Positions 39,335-48,756 of a stretch of DNA of 64,000 nucleotides are shown piece by piece. Under the pieces are notes generated by a model that was given only the letters and a program-made list of their open reading frames with translations, was not told the origin of the DNA and did not search any database. Made by a program: the position numbers and the translations under genes. Origin of the DNA: Thermoanaerobaculia bacterium (GTDB lineage: Bacteria > Acidobacteriota > Thermoanaerobaculia > Multivoradales > Multivoraceae). Position 1 is the first letter of the stretch, and the number at the start of each line of letters is the position of its first letter. The stretch lies in NCBI GenBank assembly GCA_963666565.1, contig OY762911.1:3296001-3360000 (forward strand), given 5' to 3'.

Positions 39335-40095
39335 GGCGCCATGTCCCGCAGCGTCCGCTGCATCACGCCGTAGCTGCGGAGTTCCTTGCCCAGGAAGGCC
39401 CGCCGGACCTCGCGCGCCAGCGACTCGACGGACCTGAGCGTCGCCTCGTCCACGTGCCCGTTCGCCTGCATGGCGGCGAGATCCGAGCCGCCGATGCGGC
39501 GCAGGAAGGCCAGCGCGCCGGCGCCCACCCGCCGGTTGGCGCCAGCGCCAGCGCCGCACGCGGGGCACAGCAGGCCAGCCGCGTCGACCGCCAGCATCGC
39601 CTCGTCGCCAAGCGCTTCGCCGCAGGACGGACAGTGCCGGGGCGCCGGGAACACGCCGGAGAGGCGCAGGGTCCAGCACTCCAGGTAGCGCGCGGCCAGC
39701 GAGCGTTCGCAGCCGGCGAGAAGCGCCTGCACGGTCGAGTCCAGCAGCCGGTACAGGTGGTTGTCCGGCTCGTTCTCCTGCGCGAACACCTGCATGTGCT
39801 CGGCGAGGTACGAAGAGACGAGGATCCCTTCCAGGTCGGCATGCAGCGTTCCGGGGCTCCGGATCATCTCCGCGTCGCCAAGCCGGACCAGGTCGCGGTC
39901 GGGCTTCTCGAACCACGACAGATGCACCTTGGCGAGCTGCTGCAGCTCGCCGCCGAAACGGCTGAAGCGGGCCTTGGCGCTGCGCGCGGCGCCTCGCTTC
40001 AGCCCCCAGTCGCGGCTGAGAAAGACGACGATCCGGTCCTTCTCGTGAAGGTCGATCGTCTGAAGCAGCAGTGCCTCGCCGCTTCGCCGCTTCAT
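39331..40095 (-). CDS. recO: DNA repair protein RecO
   Basis: EKDRIVVFLSRDWG, SRFGG and a CPSCG...CPAC zinc finger. Confidence 0.92.
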   Translation of the reverse strand: MKRRSGEALLLQTIDLHEKDRIVVFLSRDWGLKRGAARSAKARFSRFGGELQQLAKVHLSWFEKPDRDLVRLGDAEMIRSPGTLHADLEGILVSSYLAEHMQVFAQENEPDNHLYRLLDSTVQALLAGCERSLAARYLECWTLRLSGVFPAPRHCPSCGEALGDEAMLAVDAAGLLCPACGAGAGANRRVGAGALAFLRRIGGSDLAAMQANGHVDEATLRSVESLAREVRRAFLGKELRSYGVMQRTLRDMAP

Positions 40096-40110
40096 CGCCT
40101 CATCGCCCGT

Positions 40111-41481
40111 TCAGCGGACCAGCCAGTCGATCATCAGGGTGGCGAGGCCGAAGTACACCAGGATTCCCGTGATGTCGCTGGAGGTCGTGACCATCGGGCC
40201 GCTGGCCACCGCCGGGTCGATCCCCATCCGCTCGAAGGCCATCGGCAGCAGCGAGCCGATCAGCGACGCCAGCATGATGGCGAGGAACAGCGAACTCGCC
40301 ACGACCGCGCTGTAGGCCGGGTTCTGTTCGAGGAAAGCCGCCACTCCCGCGGCGACCGCCGAGCAGACCAGGCCGACGACCAGACCGACCCGCACCTGCT
40401 GCAGCAGGAAACGCCTCATCCGGCCGCCGCCCTCGCCGATCCGGCCGGTGGCCAGGCCGCGGACGGTGAGCGTCATCGTCTGGCTGCCGATGTTGCCTCC
40501 CATCCCCATGACCACGGGCGCGAAGGCGAGCAGGAAGGCCTCGTTCAGCCGGAGCTGGAACTGCTTCATCAGAACGCCGGTCAGGGTCAGGCCGATCAGA
40601 TTGACCAGCAGCCACGGCAGCCGGATGCCGGCCACCCGCCACGAGCGCTCGCGGTACAGCAGCTCGTCGTCCGAGGTGCCGACCATCTTGTAGAAGTCCT
40701 CTTCCGCCTCCTCCTGGACGATGTCGATCACGTCGTCGACGGTCACCAGGCCCAGCAGGCGGCGCCGGTCGTCGACCACCGGGATGGCGAGGAAGTCGTA
40801 ACGGGAGGCGAGCTGCGCCACCTCCTCCTGGTCCGTGTCGGTGTGGGCGGTGACCAGACCGCGGTTCATGATCTCGCCCAGCGGGCGGGTCGGCACGGCG
40901 AGCAGGAGTTCCCGCAGCGACAGGACGCCGACCAGGCGGCCCTCCGGGTCGACCACGTAGAGGTAGAAGATCATCTCCACCTCGCCGTGCTCGCGGATCT
41001 TGGCGATCGCGTCGCCGACCGGCGTGTCCTCCGCCAGGGAGAAGAACTCCGTGTTCATGATCCGCCCGGCCGTGTCCTCCTCGTAGGCGAACTGGGTCTG
41101 GAGTTCGTCGCGGTCCGGGCGGTCGAGCAGCGCCAGCACGGCCTCGCGCAGTTCCTCCTCCAGGCCGTCGACGATCTCGACGCTGTCGTCGACCGCGAGC
41201 GGCGCGAGCAGACCGGCGATCTCGGCCGGCGCGAGTTCCTCCAGCAGCGGCCGCCGCTCCCCCGGCTCCAGTTCCAGCAGCACCTCGCCGGCGGAATCGG
41301 GGAAGTCCTCCAGGGCCAGCCGGACGACGAACAACTGCTCGGTGGGCACCAGCTTCCGCAGCGCGGCGGCCACGTCTCCCGGCCGCACCTTGCTGAGGAC
41401 GCGGGACAGGTTGCGGCGGGCGCCCCGGCGGGCCAGCCGGCGCATCGTGTCGCCCAGAATCTCGACTCGCTGCGTGGACAT
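40111..41481 (-). CDS. mgtE: magnesium transporter MgtE
   Basis: TAGRIM, CBS pair, RLPWL, GGNIGSQ and DPAVASGP...D. Confidence 0.95.
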   Translation of the reverse strand: MSTQRVEILGDTMRRLARRGARRNLSRVLSKVRPGDVAAALRKLVPTEQLFVVRLALEDFPDSAGEVLLELEPGERRPLLEELAPAEIAGLLAPLAVDDSVEIVDGLEEELREAVLALLDRPDRDELQTQFAYEEDTAGRIMNTEFFSLAEDTPVGDAIAKIREHGEVEMIFYLYVVDPEGRLVGVLSLRELLLAVPTRPLGEIMNRGLVTAHTDTDQEEVAQLASRYDFLAIPVVDDRRRLLGLVTVDDVIDIVQEEAEEDFYKMVGTSDDELLYRERSWRVAGIRLPWLLVNLIGLTLTGVLMKQFQLRLNEAFLLAFAPVVMGMGGNIGSQTMTLTVRGLATGRIGEGGGRMRRFLLQQVRVGLVVGLVCSAVAAGVAAFLEQNPAYSAVVASSLFLAIMLASLIGSLLPMAFERMGIDPAVASGPMVTTSSDITGILVYFGLATLMIDWLVR

Positions 41482-41714
41482 GGCGGGTCGGATCGTAGCA
41501 GCCGAAGCCCGCCCGACGGCGACGCGAAAGCCGCCGCTCCGAAGTCCCTAAGCTACGGTTTCTCAGCCAGTTGGAGAGCTTCGGACAGAGTTCATCGACC
41601 CTGGACATCGCGCGAAGCGGGCGTTCGCGAGGAACGGCCTGCGCATTCCCGACGCCGCCGTTCGCGGGCCTCGCGTCTCGCCGGCCTCGGCGGCATCCCC
41701 GGCCACGAATCCCC

Positions 41715-42182
41715 TCAGTCGACCTCGAAGACGGCGTCGATCTCGACCGGCACGTTGAACGGCAGCTTGTTCGTTCCCACCGCGAAGCGGGCGTGCCGCC
41801 CCTTGTCGCCGAAGACGTCGACCATCAGGTCCGAGGCGCCGTTGACCACCGCCGGATGATTCTCGAAGTCGTCGCTGCAGTTGACGAAGCCGCCCAGCTT
41901 CACGCAGCGGCGCACGCGTTCCAGGTCGCCGTCGCAGGCTGCCGCCACGACGGCCACGATGTTCAACCCGACCAGGCGGGCCGCCTCTTGCGCCTCCTCC
42001 AGCGAGTAGTCGACGCCCACCTTGCCACGGTAGGCCAGCCGGCCGTCGCGCACAGGTACCTGGCCGGAGACGAAGACGAGCGCTCCGGCGCGGACCCAGG
42101 GAACGTAGTTCGCGGCCGGCGGTGCCGGCGCGGGGAGGATCAGGCCGAGCGCCTTCAGGCGCTCCTTTGCGGTCTCGATCAT
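41715..42182 (-). CDS. RidA/YjgF family protein
   Basis: AANYVP, SGQVP, NGASDL, GRHARFAVG and PVEID. Confidence 0.9.
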   Translation of the reverse strand: MIETAKERLKALGLILPAPAPPAANYVPWVRAGALVFVSGQVPVRDGRLAYRGKVGVDYSLEEAQEAARLVGLNIVAVVAAACDGDLERVRRCVKLGGFVNCSDDFENHPAVVNGASDLMVDVFGDKGRHARFAVGTNKLPFNVPVEIDAVFEVD

Positions 42183-42289
42183 CGATGGGCTCCTGTCGGC
42201 TGGTGCGGTCCGGAGCGGCGCCCGAAGGCTGCGCCGCGGAAGGACGCGGAGTGCCTTCCGCGAGGCAGACTCACGGCGAGGCCGGGCCG

Positions 42290-43216
42290 CTAGTTCTCGA
42301 ATGCCGCGAACAGTTCCTCGAACGCCTTGATCTGGTTGCCCGCCGCCGACGAGGGCACCAGGATCGGCGTGCGGACGCCGGCGTCGACCCAGCGCTCGAC
42401 GCCCTCGCGGACCTCCGCCGCCGTCCCGAACAGCGTGCAGTCGGCCAGCCAGCGGTCCGAGAGCAGGGCCGGAATGCGGTCCATCTCGCCCTGCTCTACC
42501 GCCCGCTCCACGGCCTCCATCTCCTCCACGTAGCCGGCCGCCTTCCAGTAGTTCCGGTAGTTCGGCAGCAGCGCGTAGCGGGAGAGCGTCTTGCGGTTGC
42601 GCGCCGCCGCCAGGTCGCGGTCGTCGGAGATGACCGTCGGGATCATGTTGCCAACGAGGAAATCCGGGTCGTCCGCCCGCACGCCCGCCGCCTGCAGGGA
42701 GCGATCCATGCGCGAGCGGGCGCCGTTCGCGAACACGATGCCACTGGCGATCTCGGCCGCCGTCGCGATCATCCGGTCGCGCAGCGTCGCGAGGACGATC
42801 GGCGGCAGGGCGCCGGCGCCGCGCACCGCCTTCAGTTCCTTCACGAAGGCGCGGATGTCCGCCAGCGGTTTGCCTGGCGTCACGCCGAGGCGCTCGTGGG
42901 CCGGCGCATGGCCGACGCCCACCCCGAAGATGAACCGGCCCCCCGACGCCTCGTGGATGAAGGCTGCCGTGTGCGCGAAGTCCGTCACATGGCGCATGTA
43001 GATGTTCACGATCGACGTGCCGAACTGGATGCGCTCGGTGCATAGCGCGATCGCCTCGCACAGCGCCAGCCCGTCGCCCATGCTCGGGCAGTAGATGCCG
43101 CTGAAGCCGCGGCGCTCGATCTCGGCGGCCAGGTCGAGGGTCAGCCGGCGCCGGCCGGGAACGGCCGCGAGCGAGATGGCCGGGAGGCCGTTACGTGCTT
43201 CGGAAGTCGTCGTCAT
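42290..43216 (-). CDS. luciferase-like (LLM) flavin/F420-dependent oxidoreductase
   Basis: TERIQFGTSI and SGGRFIFGVG. Confidence 0.85.
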   Translation of the reverse strand: MTTTSEARNGLPAISLAAVPGRRRLTLDLAAEIERRGFSGIYCPSMGDGLALCEAIALCTERIQFGTSIVNIYMRHVTDFAHTAAFIHEASGGRFIFGVGVGHAPAHERLGVTPGKPLADIRAFVKELKAVRGAGALPPIVLATLRDRMIATAAEIASGIVFANGARSRMDRSLQAAGVRADDPDFLVGNMIPTVISDDRDLAAARNRKTLSRYALLPNYRNYWKAAGYVEEMEAVERAVEQGEMDRIPALLSDRWLADCTLFGTAAEVREGVERWVDAGVRTPILVPSSAAGNQIKAFEELFAAFEN

Positions 43217-43261
43217 TGCGGCGGCAGGGTATCAGCGGCTGCGGCTACGCTAGCGCCCGCG

Positions 43262-44521
43262 ATGAAGAGACTCGATCCGCATGAGGTCGGCGCGCTGCTC
43301 CGGCCCGGCATGAAGGTTGCCGTCTTCGGCGGCTGCAGCGAGCCCCGGGGCATCGCCGCGGCACTTCATGCGCAACCCGAGGCGACCGCCGGGGTCGAGT
43401 TCACCGTGACCCGCATCCCCGGCATTTCGTCGCCGACGCTGGCGCCCTGGGCCGGTTCGACCGTGCGGAGCTACTTCGTCACGCCGGAGATGCGGGCTGG
43501 CTTCGAGGGCGGGTCCGTCCGCTTCGTGCCGATGCAGTACCGGCACGTCTGGGACGACCTGATGGCGGCGCCCTTCGACCTCGCCATCGCCCAGTTCACG
43601 CCGCCGGACGGGAACGGCGACTGTTCGCTCGGCATTGGCGCCGGGTTTCTGCCGGCGTTGCTGGGACGCCAGGAGATCCCGTTCGTCGCCGAGTGGAACC
43701 GCGCGCTGCCGCGCCTCCCCGGCGCGCCGACGGTGAAAGCGGACCGCTTCGACCATGTCGTCGAGACCGAGGTCGAACCGCCCACGCTGGCCAGCCGGCC
43801 GAGTCCGGCGGCCGAGCGCATCGGCGCCCTGGTCGCGGAACTGATCCGCGACGGCGACTGCATCGAGACCGGCGTCGGCGCGATCCCCGGTGCGGTGCTG
43901 GCCGCTCTGCGGGATCACCGCGACCTCGGCTTCCACTCGGGCCTGCTGTCCGATGGCGTGATGGACCTGGTGGAAGCCGGCGCGCTTACCGGCGCCCGCA
44001 AGAGCATCGACGAGGGGCGCCTCGTGGCCGCCATGGTCCTCGGCACACCGGCGCTCTACGACTGGGCCAGCCAATGCGACCTGATCGACCTGCGCGGCGT
44101 GAACTACACCCACGACGTGAGGGTCATCGCCAAGCTGAAGAACTTCGTCGCGCTGAACTCCGCGGTCGAGGTGGACCTCTTCGGCCAGGTCAATTCCGAG
44201 ATCGTCCGTGGCCGGCAGATCAGCGGCACGGGCGGCGCGGTCGACTTCATGCGGGGCGCCGGGATGTCGCCCGGCGGGCGGTCGATCGTCGCCCTGGAGG
44301 CGACCGCCGGCGGCGGAAGGTTCTCGCGGATCGTCCCGGCGCTACCCGAGCCGCACGCCGCCACCGCGCTCCGCACCGACGCCGACATCTTCGTCACCGA
44401 ACACGGCGTCGCCGAGGTGCGCGGGCTGGACCTCGCCGAGCGCGCCCGGCGACTGGCTCGCATCGCGGCGCCCCGGTTCCGCGAGGAGTTGGAAGCCCGG
44501 ATACCGCACCTGCGTCCGTAG
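43262..44521 (+). CDS. acetyl-CoA hydrolase/CoA-transferase family protein
   Basis: TGVGAIP, NSAVEVDLFGQ, SGTGGAVDF and VTEHG. Confidence 0.9.
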   Translation: MKRLDPHEVGALLRPGMKVAVFGGCSEPRGIAAALHAQPEATAGVEFTVTRIPGISSPTLAPWAGSTVRSYFVTPEMRAGFEGGSVRFVPMQYRHVWDDLMAAPFDLAIAQFTPPDGNGDCSLGIGAGFLPALLGRQEIPFVAEWNRALPRLPGAPTVKADRFDHVVETEVEPPTLASRPSPAAERIGALVAELIRDGDCIETGVGAIPGAVLAALRDHRDLGFHSGLLSDGVMDLVEAGALTGARKSIDEGRLVAAMVLGTPALYDWASQCDLIDLRGVNYTHDVRVIAKLKNFVALNSAVEVDLFGQVNSEIVRGRQISGTGGAVDFMRGAGMSPGGRSIVALEATAGGGRFSRIVPALPEPHAATALRTDADIFVTEHGVAEVRGLDLAERARRLARIAAPRFREELEARIPHLRP

Positions 44522-44614
44522 CCGTCGGCACGCCGAACCGAAACGCGGGTCGTTCACGGAAGAAATCGCGGCGGCGGCCGTGTGCCGAACCTCCCCGTAG
44601 AGGGCGCCTGCGCC

Positions 44615-45226
44615 CTACGCCTTCGCGCTGGGCCGCGCCGACACGGCCTGGTGCCACCTCAGCAGGTTCGGCGTCTCCTCGGTCACCTTGAACTTGGTCA
44701 CCCGGCCGAAGTCGATGCCGATCTGGGCGGTGATGTCGGCGATAGTGTACTCGTCGCCGGCAACGAACTCGCGGTCGGCCAACTCCTCGTCGAGCCAGGC
44801 GAGACGCTTCGTCGCGTGGCTGCGCTGGCCCTCGCCGTAGTCGGGGAACTGCTGGATGCGGTCCGCGAAGTACGGGTGGGTGTTGCGGAAGACCTGCATG
44901 ATCGGCAGGGCGACCTCGAGTTCCATCCGCCGCTGCCACATCTCGACGCGGGCCACCTCGGCCGGGCCGTCGCCGCCCATCAGCGCCGGCTCGGGCTGCA
45001 ACTGCTCGAAGTAGCGGCAGATGGCGACCGATTCGGCGATGAACGTGCCGTCGTCGAGTTCGAGCACGGGCACGCGGCCCATCGGGTTCTTCTTGCGAAA
45101 CGGCGCCTGCCGGTTCTCGGCGGCGCCCAGGTCGACCGGCACGACGGGCACCGCGATGCCCTTCTCGGCGAGGAAGATGCGAACGCGGCGACAGTTGGGG
45201 GCGGTGGCTGCTTCGTGTAGCTTCAT
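44615..45226 (-). CDS. glutathione S-transferase family protein
   Basis: APNCRRVRIFLAEK, NPMGRVP, ESVAI and YTIADI. Confidence 0.93.
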   Translation of the reverse strand: MKLHEAATAPNCRRVRIFLAEKGIAVPVVPVDLGAAENRQAPFRKKNPMGRVPVLELDDGTFIAESVAICRYFEQLQPEPALMGGDGPAEVARVEMWQRRMELEVALPIMQVFRNTHPYFADRIQQFPDYGEGQRSHATKRLAWLDEELADREFVAGDEYTIADITAQIGIDFGRVTKFKVTEETPNLLRWHQAVSARPSAKA

Positions 45227-45429
45227 GGCGTGCGGCGAACTCCCGGAATCTGGATGCTGTTGGTCGAGCGAGGCCCGTGCGGCGACCGTGCAGTCTATCC
45301 CCTGTCGTCGGCCGGCCGACGACCGTCCGGGCGCGGGCGGCCGGACCGGCGGCCGTGCCGTTCGAGCAGAACCGCCCGCGGCCGGCGCCGCCGCCCGTTC
45401 CCCGCGCCATCCGCCAGGCCGAGATCCCG

Positions 45430-46227
45430 ATGATCGACCTGCTGCTCCAACCCTCCTTCTGGGCGGCCCTCTTCTCGGTGACGCTGATCCAGATCGCGCT
45501 CGGCGCTGACAACCTGATCATCATCACGATCATCGCCAACAAGCTGCCGGAGGCCCGGCGCCAGCAGGCGATTCAGCTCGGCCTGATCCTGGCGATGGCG
45601 CTGCGGATCGTCCTGCTGCTCCTCGTCAGCCTCGTCCTCCAGGCCGCGACCGCCGAGCTCTGGCGCCTCGACGGCAGGTTCCTCGGCGTCGATCTCGCCG
45701 GCCGCATCGACGGCAAGTCCCTCGTGCTCGCAGTCGGCGGCCTGTTCCTGATCTGGAAGGGCGTCAAGGAACTGCGAATCAAGCTGAAGGCGGTGGAACA
45801 CGAGGTCGCCAGGGCGAGCCGCTTCGCCGAGGTCGTGACCCTGATCGTCGGCATGAACCTGATCTTCTCGGTCGACTCGATCCTCACCGTCGTCGGCATG
45901 ACGGACATCTTCGCCGTCATGGTCGGCTCGGTGCTGATCTCCGTGGCGCTGATGCTGGCGTTCGCGGCGCCGATCTCCCGTTTCCTGAGCGCCAACCCCG
46001 AGTTCGAGATCCTGGGCCTGTTCGTTCTGCTGCTGATCGGCTTCGTGCTGATCCTCGAGGGCGGCCACAGCGCCCACCTGACGGTCAACGGCGCGGCCAC
46101 GCCGTACATCCCGCAGTGGATCGTCATCTTCATCCTGCTGCTGATGTTCGCGGTCGATCTCTACCAGAACTGGTGGGAGCGCAAGCGGGACGTCGACACG
46201 GTGACGCTCCACCGGCGGAGGAAGTAG
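45430..46227 (+). CDS. TerC-family membrane protein
   Basis: LGADNL and NLIFSVDSILT; TM helices. Confidence 0.88.
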   Translation: MIDLLLQPSFWAALFSVTLIQIALGADNLIIITIIANKLPEARRQQAIQLGLILAMALRIVLLLLVSLVLQAATAELWRLDGRFLGVDLAGRIDGKSLVLAVGGLFLIWKGVKELRIKLKAVEHEVARASRFAEVVTLIVGMNLIFSVDSILTVVGMTDIFAVMVGSVLISVALMLAFAAPISRFLSANPEFEILGLFVLLLIGFVLILEGGHSAHLTVNGAATPYIPQWIVIFILLLMFAVDLYQNWWERKRDVDTVTLHRRRK

Positions 46228-46257
46228 AGGCTTGGCCGGACGTGCCGTTGTGGCGGG

Positions 46258-46644
46258 CTACACCCGACGGACGGGGCCCGGATAGCGCGCCACGGTCTCG
46301 TCCGCCGTCAGCAGCGTGATTCCTTCCACCTGAGCCTGGGCCACGAGCAGGCGATCGAAGGGATCCCGGTGGATCCGCGGCAGGAGATCCACCGCCGCCG
46401 GATGGGCGCCGGTCACGGCCAGTTCGTTGTAGCCGACCTCGAGCAGACCTCGCCTCAGCACTCGGGGGTCCAGCGGGAAGTCGGCTCGCCGAAGCCCGTG
46501 CTTGATGGCGACCTCCCATATCGACGCCGCGCTGAAACGGAGTTCCGTCTCCGGCTCATGGAGCAGCCGGCGGACGTTGGGCGACAGCATCGGAGAATCG
46601 ATGGCCGACCACACCAGGAGGTGGGTGTCGAGGAGCAACGTCAC
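46258..46644 (-). CDS. vapC: VapC PIN-domain toxin
   Basis: LLLDTH, SIWEVAIK, HRDPFDRLLVAQA and TAD. Confidence 0.92.
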   Translation of the reverse strand: MTLLLDTHLLVWSAIDSPMLSPNVRRLLHEPETELRFSAASIWEVAIKHGLRRADFPLDPRVLRRGLLEVGYNELAVTGAHPAAVDLLPRIHRDPFDRLLVAQAQVEGITLLTADETVARYPGPVRRV

Positions 46645-46883
46645 TCGTCACCGTAGAAGAGACGCTCGATCTCCTTGGCGGCGAGCCCGTCGAAGTCCTC
46701 CGGGATAGCGATGTCTCCCTTGATGAACCCGACCCGGCTCTTCAGAGGCGCTGGCGAGTCGGCCGCGACGACCTTGGCCACCGGCTTGCCGGCGCGGGCG
46801 ATGATGAACGGCTCTCCCGCGGCGACTTCGCGCAAGAGGCGCGAGAGGTGGGTCTTCGCATGGTGGACGTTGACTACTCGCAT
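46641..46883 (-). CDS. Phd/YefM-family antitoxin
   Basis: NVHHAKTHLSRL and IARAGKPVA. Confidence 0.92.
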   Translation of the reverse strand: MRVVNVHHAKTHLSRLLREVAAGEPFIIARAGKPVAKVVAADSPAPLKSRVGFIKGDIAIPEDFDGLAAKEIERLFYGDE

Positions 46884-46898
46884 CGTGGTCCTCCGCAG

Positions 46899-46924
46899 TA
46901 TGGACTAACCGACCTTAGTCCATA
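46899..46924. promoter_or_regulatory. putative autorepression operator of phd-vapC
   Basis: Perfect 10-bp inverted repeat TATGGACTAA-N6-TTAGTCCATA just upstream of the antitoxin RBS. Confidence 0.7.
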
Positions 46925-47075
46925 ACCGAGAGCCGATCAACACCGGGATCGGCCAACTGGTCCGGGAGGCGGTCATCGAGGGACCGGTTGGCGGCGCAAC
47001 GGTGTACCATCGCCCGGCCTCACGCCCAAGTCCCGGCCGGTGGCCGAGACGTTCTTCGATTCTGCGGGAATCTCC

Positions 47076-47780
47076 ATGTCGGACAACCAGCCAGGCAGCG
47101 GCGCTCTGCCGACTCTCGCCATGCTCGGCGCCACCGGCGATCTGGGTGGCGGCCTCGCCCGGCGCTGGGCGGCCGCCGGCTACCCGATCGTCATCGGCTC
47201 GCGCTCGCGGGAAAAGGGGGCCGGTTCAGCCGAGGACGTGAACAAGCAGCTTCGCGGGCTTGGCCTTGAGACGACGGTTCGCGGCACCGACAACCTGACG
47301 GCCGCCCAGGAGGGCGACATCGTCGTGCTGACGGTGCCCTACGCGTTCCAGCGGGCGACGATCGAGTCCGTTCACGAAGCGATCCAGGGGAAGATCCTCG
47401 TCGACTGCACCGTGCCGCTCGTGCCGCCCAAGGTGGCGCGCGTGCAGCTTCCGGAGGAGGGCTGCGCCGCGAACATCGCGCAAGAGGCGGCCGGGCCCGG
47501 CGTCCGCGTCGTCTCGGCCTTCCAGAACGTCGGCGCCGCGCACCTGCGCGAGGAGGACGCGGTGGACTGCGACGTGCTCGTCACGGGCGACGACCCTGCC
47601 GCGCGCGCCGAGGTCATCGAGTTGATCGAGGCGCTCGGGATGCGGGGCTTGCACGCGGGGCCGCTCGACAACGCGGCCGCGGCGGAGGCGCTTACGTCCA
47701 TCCTGATCCAGTTGAACCGGAAGTACGGCATCGCCGGGGCGGGCATCCGGATCACGGGCGAACCGACCCGAGAACCCTGA
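47076..47780 (+). CDS. npdG: NADPH-dependent F420 reductase (Fno)
   Basis: GATGDLG, IGSR, DCTVPL, VVSAFQNV and EALTSILI. Confidence 0.9.
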   Translation: MSDNQPGSGALPTLAMLGATGDLGGGLARRWAAAGYPIVIGSRSREKGAGSAEDVNKQLRGLGLETTVRGTDNLTAAQEGDIVVLTVPYAFQRATIESVHEAIQGKILVDCTVPLVPPKVARVQLPEEGCAANIAQEAAGPGVRVVSAFQNVGAAHLREEDAVDCDVLVTGDDPAARAEVIELIEALGMRGLHAGPLDNAAAAEALTSILIQLNRKYGIAGAGIRITGEPTREP

Positions 47781-47994
47781 GCGACGTTTCCGCCTCGGAG
47801 TCCCGCCTCGTCCACCGTCCGCCGGACCAGGGCATCCGTGCCGGCACCGAGCCGGCAATGCGTACGATGACTGCGGGAAGCGATGGCGCCCACGCGCAGC
47901 GGCCTCACCACCGACGTACCGGCCGACGATTCAGCGGACGCCACCCCGCGCCGATGCGGGTAGCCTTCCCCGGCCGCCAGCGACCTTGTACGCC

Positions 47995-48756
47995 ATGTTG
48001 AGCCTCCACGCGATTCCCGACCTGCCCGAGGTCCAGACGGGCGACGATCTGGCCGACCTGATCGGCGACGGACTCGACCGCGCCGGGTTGGACCTGCGGG
48101 ACGGCGACGTCCTGGTCGTGGCCCAGAAGATCGTCTCCAAGGCCGAGGGGCGAGTCGTCGATCTGGCGACGGTCGAACCGCGGCCGGAAGCCGTGCGACT
48201 GGCGGCGAAGTGCGACAAGGATCCGCGCCTGATCGAGCTCGTGCTCAGGGAATCCACCGAGGTCCTGCGCACCGTGCCCGGCGTCATCGTGGTCGAGCAC
48301 CGGCTCGGGCTCGTGATGGCGAACGCGGGGATCGACCAGTCGAATCTCCGCCCGGGCGGCGACCACGGGCATGCCCTGCTGCTGCCGGAGGATCCGGACG
48401 CCTCTGCCGCAGTCCTGCGCGAAGCCCTGGCGGCGCGGTTCCGGGTCGAGCGCCTCGGCGTCATCGTCAACGACAGCGTCGGCCGGGCCTGGCGGCTGGG
48501 CACCGTCGGGCTCGCCATCGGCGTCGCCGGCATGACGGCGCTCCGGGACCTCCGCGGCGAGCGCGACCTGTTCGGCCGGGAGCTCCTGGTTTCCGAGACC
48601 GGCGCCGCCGACCAGGTGGCGAGCGCGGCCCAGATCGTCCAGGGCGAGGGCGACGAGGGCACGCCCGTGGTCCGGGTGCGCGGCCTGAAGGAACTCGGAC
48701 CGCCCCAGACCGCCCGTGCCCTGCTGCGGCCCCGCGACATGGACCTGTTCCGATGA
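47995..48756 (+). CDS. cofE: coenzyme F420-0:L-glutamate ligase
   Basis: QKIVSKAEGR, ANAGIDQSN and DSVGRAWR; single domain. Confidence 0.93.
   Translation: MLSLHAIPDLPEVQTGDDLADLIGDGLDRAGLDLRDGDVLVVAQKIVSKAEGRVVDLATVEPRPEAVRLAAKCDKDPRLIELVLRESTEVLRTVPGVIVVEHRLGLVMANAGIDQSNLRPGGDHGHALLLPEDPDASAAVLREALAARFRVERLGVIVNDSVGRAWRLGTVGLAIGVAGMTALRDLRGERDLFGRELLVSETGAADQVASAAQIVQGEGDEGTPVVRVRGLKELGPPQTARALLRPRDMDLFR

Noticed and set aside
44596-44619. GTAG-led hairpin (AGGGCG-CCTG-CGCCCT) resembling a REP element
   Set aside because: Single short copy overlapping the GST stop codon, with no RAYT gene in the window; may be a simple terminator or chance.
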